IMG/VR virus record: IMGVR_UViG_3300044997_000678
Location: 1 to 7,450 of that record
Source: a virus
Direction: 5' to 3' (one strand)
Length of the DNA stretch: 7,450 nt
The notes under the pieces are model-generated. The model searched no databases and was not told the origin of the DNA. It was given only the letters and a program-made list of their open reading frames with translations. Of the stretch, positions 5,367-7,450 are shown one piece after another. The translations under genes were made by a program, and so were the position numbers. Position 1 is the stretch's first letter; each line of letters begins with the position of its first letter.

Positions 5367-5720
5367 TCAGAGAGTGTTAAACGAGAGTTTTGATAAATAA
5401 AAAGCTTGAAGAAGTATGAATAAAATAAGGATAAAAATAGCAATAATATAAGAATAATTAACTTTGTTTTTATGTTTAATACGAGAAATAAATATTTGTT
5501 TTTGTTTAATTATTTCTTCATTAGTCACGTATTTATTTTTAAATCTGTATAGATAGCCTGAATCAGTTTTAATTCTCGAGGGTCTAGAGATTTCAGAAAA
5601 TAGAATTGATTTGATTGTTGATAATATTCCAGAGCAGATCGCACCAACAACAACGCCAGTTGTAAAAATAATAAAGATCATTTCTTGCAATGCAGTTAAA
5701 TCAGATACAGAAAGACTCAT
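5367..5720 (-). CDS. 117-aa two-TM membrane protein translationally coupled to zot; function unknown
   Basis: ATG 5720..5718 overlaps the zot TGA 5719..5717 as ATGA. GAGG lies 7 nt upstream. Hydrophobic segments are IFIIFTTGVVVGAICSGILSTI (N-terminal) and YIIAIFILILFILLQAFYL (C-terminal), with a basic loop between them. Confidence 0.6.
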   Translation of the reverse strand: MSLSVSDLTALQEMIFIIFTTGVVVGAICSGILSTIKSILFSEISRPSRIKTDSGYLYRFKNKYVTNEEIIKQKQIFISRIKHKNKVNYSYIIAIFILILFILLQAFYLSKLSFNTL

Positions 5721-6853
5721 AGTGAAACCTCAGAAGATTGTGATTGTTGGTTATTTTGTGGAATTGTACTTGGAGCAGGATTTTGGCGTTGTAATGTTTG
5801 AGCAGAGTAATCAAAAGGTCTATAGCCATTCATGTATTTTTTACAATCAGATTGAGAGATTGATGACATGTAATTGCCCTGCTGGTCTATACCAACGAGT
5901 TGACCGTTAGAAAGAGTCATGCAGCCTGAAAGGCGAGGATAATCATTTACTTGAATAGTGAAATTTTCAGGTAATTGGGTTTCGTATGGTTTATTTGGAT
6001 TATAGGTTATTGATGTTTTTTCTACAGATGAACCGCTACTGGAGAGATTGTTGAACCACTCAACACATTCAGGCTTTTCAACATTAACGCCCTTGCGACA
6101 CTCTATGTCTAAGTTTGTTAGTTTGTCAGTAGTAACACTAGCAGCTTGTGAACCTACAACTTGATTAGGTTGCTTGTTACCGCTTGCAATATCGGCATTT
6201 TCTTTGATTTTAGATGCAGATAAAAAAGGGTTATCAGAGCCAAAAACCATATATGAGATAAGTAAAATAACAGCGAGTAGAAAACCACCTAACTTGAAGT
6301 AGATCGGAGGTATTTTAAGTTTATGTGTATCAATTGTTGTGGATTTATATTGATCAAAGATTTTTGAATCAGGTTTAAATTTTTCGTGTGATTCAGCTTT
6401 GTTTTTGCCACCCGTTGAGTCAGGTTGCATGACAGCATAACGCCATAAAAAAACATCAGCATAGCCACGCCCATAAGCACGGTGTAAATGGTAATGCATA
6501 CCAACAAGGCTTAAGACATGATTGTGAATGAAGTTTGGAGATTGAGTAACGAGGATAATATCGTGACCAGTATGACGATGTACTTCTAATTCTTTTACTC
6601 GTGCATCTGATGATAATTTTTCACGTCCTTTATATTGAAAAAAATCGAACTGCTGAGCTTCATCATAAATGATGACAGAGCCGTCAGGGGTTTGTCTCCA
6701 GTCGTTGTTATCAGGTAGCTTTTGAACGCCATCATAATCAAATTCGTCAATATTTGTGTAAACAGGTCTACCCTCTTTTAAATATTGAATTGCGAGAGAA
6801 GCTGTTTTAGCTGTTTTGAACGAACCAGGCTTACCTGTGATAAGAGTTAACAT
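5717..6853 (-). CDS. zot: Zot-like / pI morphogenesis ATPase, 378 aa
   Basis: The N-terminal P-loop is MLTLITGKPGSFKT; V. cholerae Zot has GAPGSYKT. The Walker B-like motif is VIIYDEAQ. A central TM segment is GGFLLAVILLISYMVFG, followed by a C-terminal periplasmic domain. AGGAG lies 8 nt before the ATG. The gene follows the pVI-like gene. Confidence 0.92.
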   Translation of the reverse strand: MLTLITGKPGSFKTAKTASLAIQYLKEGRPVYTNIDEFDYDGVQKLPDNNDWRQTPDGSVIIYDEAQQFDFFQYKGREKLSSDARVKELEVHRHTGHDIILVTQSPNFIHNHVLSLVGMHYHLHRAYGRGYADVFLWRYAVMQPDSTGGKNKAESHEKFKPDSKIFDQYKSTTIDTHKLKIPPIYFKLGGFLLAVILLISYMVFGSDNPFLSASKIKENADIASGNKQPNQVVGSQAASVTTDKLTNLDIECRKGVNVEKPECVEWFNNLSSSGSSVEKTSITYNPNKPYETQLPENFTIQVNDYPRLSGCMTLSNGQLVGIDQQGNYMSSISQSDCKKYMNGYRPFDYSAQTLQRQNPAPSTIPQNNQQSQSSEVSL

Positions 6854-6867
6854 GTTTTTTTCTCCTA

Positions 6868-6934
6868 CGTGACACGCCCCACGCTACGCACACCGACAGG
6901 CGCGCGGTGCGTGTAAGCGCGTCACGCTTTTTTT
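6868..6934 (+). terminator. GC-rich (~70%) imperfect ~60-nt hairpin followed by T7; intrinsic-terminator-like on the plus strand, antisense to the structural operon
   Basis: The outer stem is cgtgac (6869..6874) / gtcacg (6921..6926). Inner pairings are acgcac/gtgcgt or caccg/cggtg. ttttttt follows at 6928..6934. By hand count 42/60 bases are G+C, in an AT-rich genome. It overlaps the pVI-like stop codon and abuts the zot SD. Confidence 0.5.
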
Positions 6935-7200
6935 ATAGAGACATTGGCAGCAAGTATTGTTGCTCTAGCTACAAGAGCGCCTATGATGATTGAAATTGCA
7001 TGGTCTAAGCCTGAAATGCTTAGCAAGCCTAAATAAGTTGGGTCTATTGAGCTTGAAGCTGATATAGCTTTATTTATGTATGTTGAAAGTATTGCGTTTA
7101 TTACTGCACCCGATACAAGAGTTACACCAGCACCAAGCAGAACTTTTTTTGCAAAGTTAGATAAAAGCCAACTTGTAAGAGCAAATAGCATTTGTTTCAT
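6922..7200 (-). CDS. pVI / Ace-like hydrophobic minor coat protein, 92 aa
   Basis: It is strongly hydrophobic, with multiple TM-like segments. ATG 7200..7198 overlaps the pIII-like TGA 7199..7197 as ATGA. Its position between the pIII-like gene and zot matches Ff gVI and CTXphi ace. Confidence 0.65.
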   Translation of the reverse strand: MKQMLFALTSWLLSNFAKKVLLGAGVTLVSGAVINAILSTYINKAISASSSIDPTYLGLLSISGLDHAISIIIGALVARATILAANVSIKKA

Positions 7201-7450
7201 GTTCTAAGCCCCAAAACGATGAAAGCAGCACCGATATAAGCAGAAGCGATAATTGCAGGCTTAATGATGTTTAAAAGCTGGCACCAAGGAGACCAAGAAA
7301 AAGTTAGTGTAGATGATTGACCATAAAGATTAATTGGCACTTGAACGTCAGGAGGACAAGAAGCAGACCAAGAAATTGCATTTTCTTGTAATTCAGGAAT
7401 AGGTAATTCTGTTACTTCATTGGTCTGATTGTCAGGTAATTCAGAGTCGT
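7197..7450 (-). CDS. pIII-like adsorption protein, C-terminal part (7324..7450 duplicates 1..127)
   Basis: It is in frame with 1..1136 across the junction. The sequence reads ...SCPPDVQVPINLYGQSSTLTFSWSPWCQLLNIIKPAIIASAYIGAAFIVLGLRT, then TGA at 7199..7197. It has a C-terminal membrane anchor, as pIII does. Confidence 0.7.
   Translation of the reverse strand, partial: DSELPDNQTNEVTELPIPELQENAISWSASCPPDVQVPINLYGQSSTLTFSWSPWCQLLNIIKPAIIASAYIGAAFIVLGLRT
7324..7450. repeat. Terminal direct repeat, copy 2 (identical to 1..127)
   Basis: Same comparison as copy 1. Exactly 127 bp matches a maximal assembler k-mer overlap on a circular contig; that link is inference. Confidence 0.98.

Larger units (their letters stand above)
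1..7323 (-). mobile_element. Complete circular filamentous phage (Inoviridae-like) genome or replicative form, unit length 7323 bp; main operon on minus strand
   Basis: The exact 127-bp repeat of the start at the end closes a circle. The full inovirus module order is present: Rep, ssDNA-binding protein, small proteins, major coat, terminator, pIII-like, pVI-like, Zot. Genes overlap tightly, and a non-coding region carries hairpins and dif-like sites. Confidence 0.88.

Noticed and set aside
5611-5910. Plus-strand 99-aa ORF
   Set aside because: It is antisense across the zot/orf117 junction, with no RBS.
6289-6507. Minus-strand 72-aa ORF inside zot
   Set aside because: It lies out of frame within the well-supported Zot CDS, and I saw no reason to treat it as a separate gene.
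6868-6927. GC-rich hairpin as a tRNA fragment/attP core, or as a minus-strand intrinsic terminator
   Set aside because: It has no tRNA-like T-arm or acceptor motifs. On the minus strand an A-run and the zot SD follow the stem instead of a U-tract. The dif-like sites at 4736..4837 already explain integration.

Overview
The window holds one complete, circularly permuted filamentous-phage (inovirus-like) genome. Bases 1..127 are identical to 7324..7450, so the unit length is 7323 bp. A 127-bp end overlap is what a circular contig closure looks like. The sequence is AT-rich by eye; I did not compute GC. The main operon lies on the minus strand in canonical inovirus order. It runs: 84/89-aa ORF, 40-aa micro-ORF, Rep_trans-type RCR initiator (503 aa), ssDNA-binding protein, 65-aa small protein, major coat protein, strong hairpin terminator, 24-aa micro-ORF, pIII-like adsorption protein, pVI/Ace-like protein, Zot/pI assembly ATPase, 117-aa two-TM protein. 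The pIII-like gene (420 aa) is split by the window ends and is missing from the ORF track. Gene junctions are tightly coupled, with four ATGA stop/start overlaps. A divergent plus-strand module encodes a ribbon-helix-helix (RHH) regulator and a membrane-anchored 139-aa protein. There is no integrase and no secretin. The non-coding region 4736..5366 is the most interesting part. It contains (i) two inverted dif-like XerC/XerD sites that fold into a forked hairpin, as in the CTXphi attP. It also contains (ii) eight near-identical 46-bp tandem repeats packed with palindromes and CCWGG motifs, and (iii) a stem-loop cluster that may be an origin or packaging signal. A ~70% GC imperfect hairpin followed by T7 sits between the pVI-like gene and zot. 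All functional calls come from by-eye motif, architecture and synteny recognition; no database search was run.
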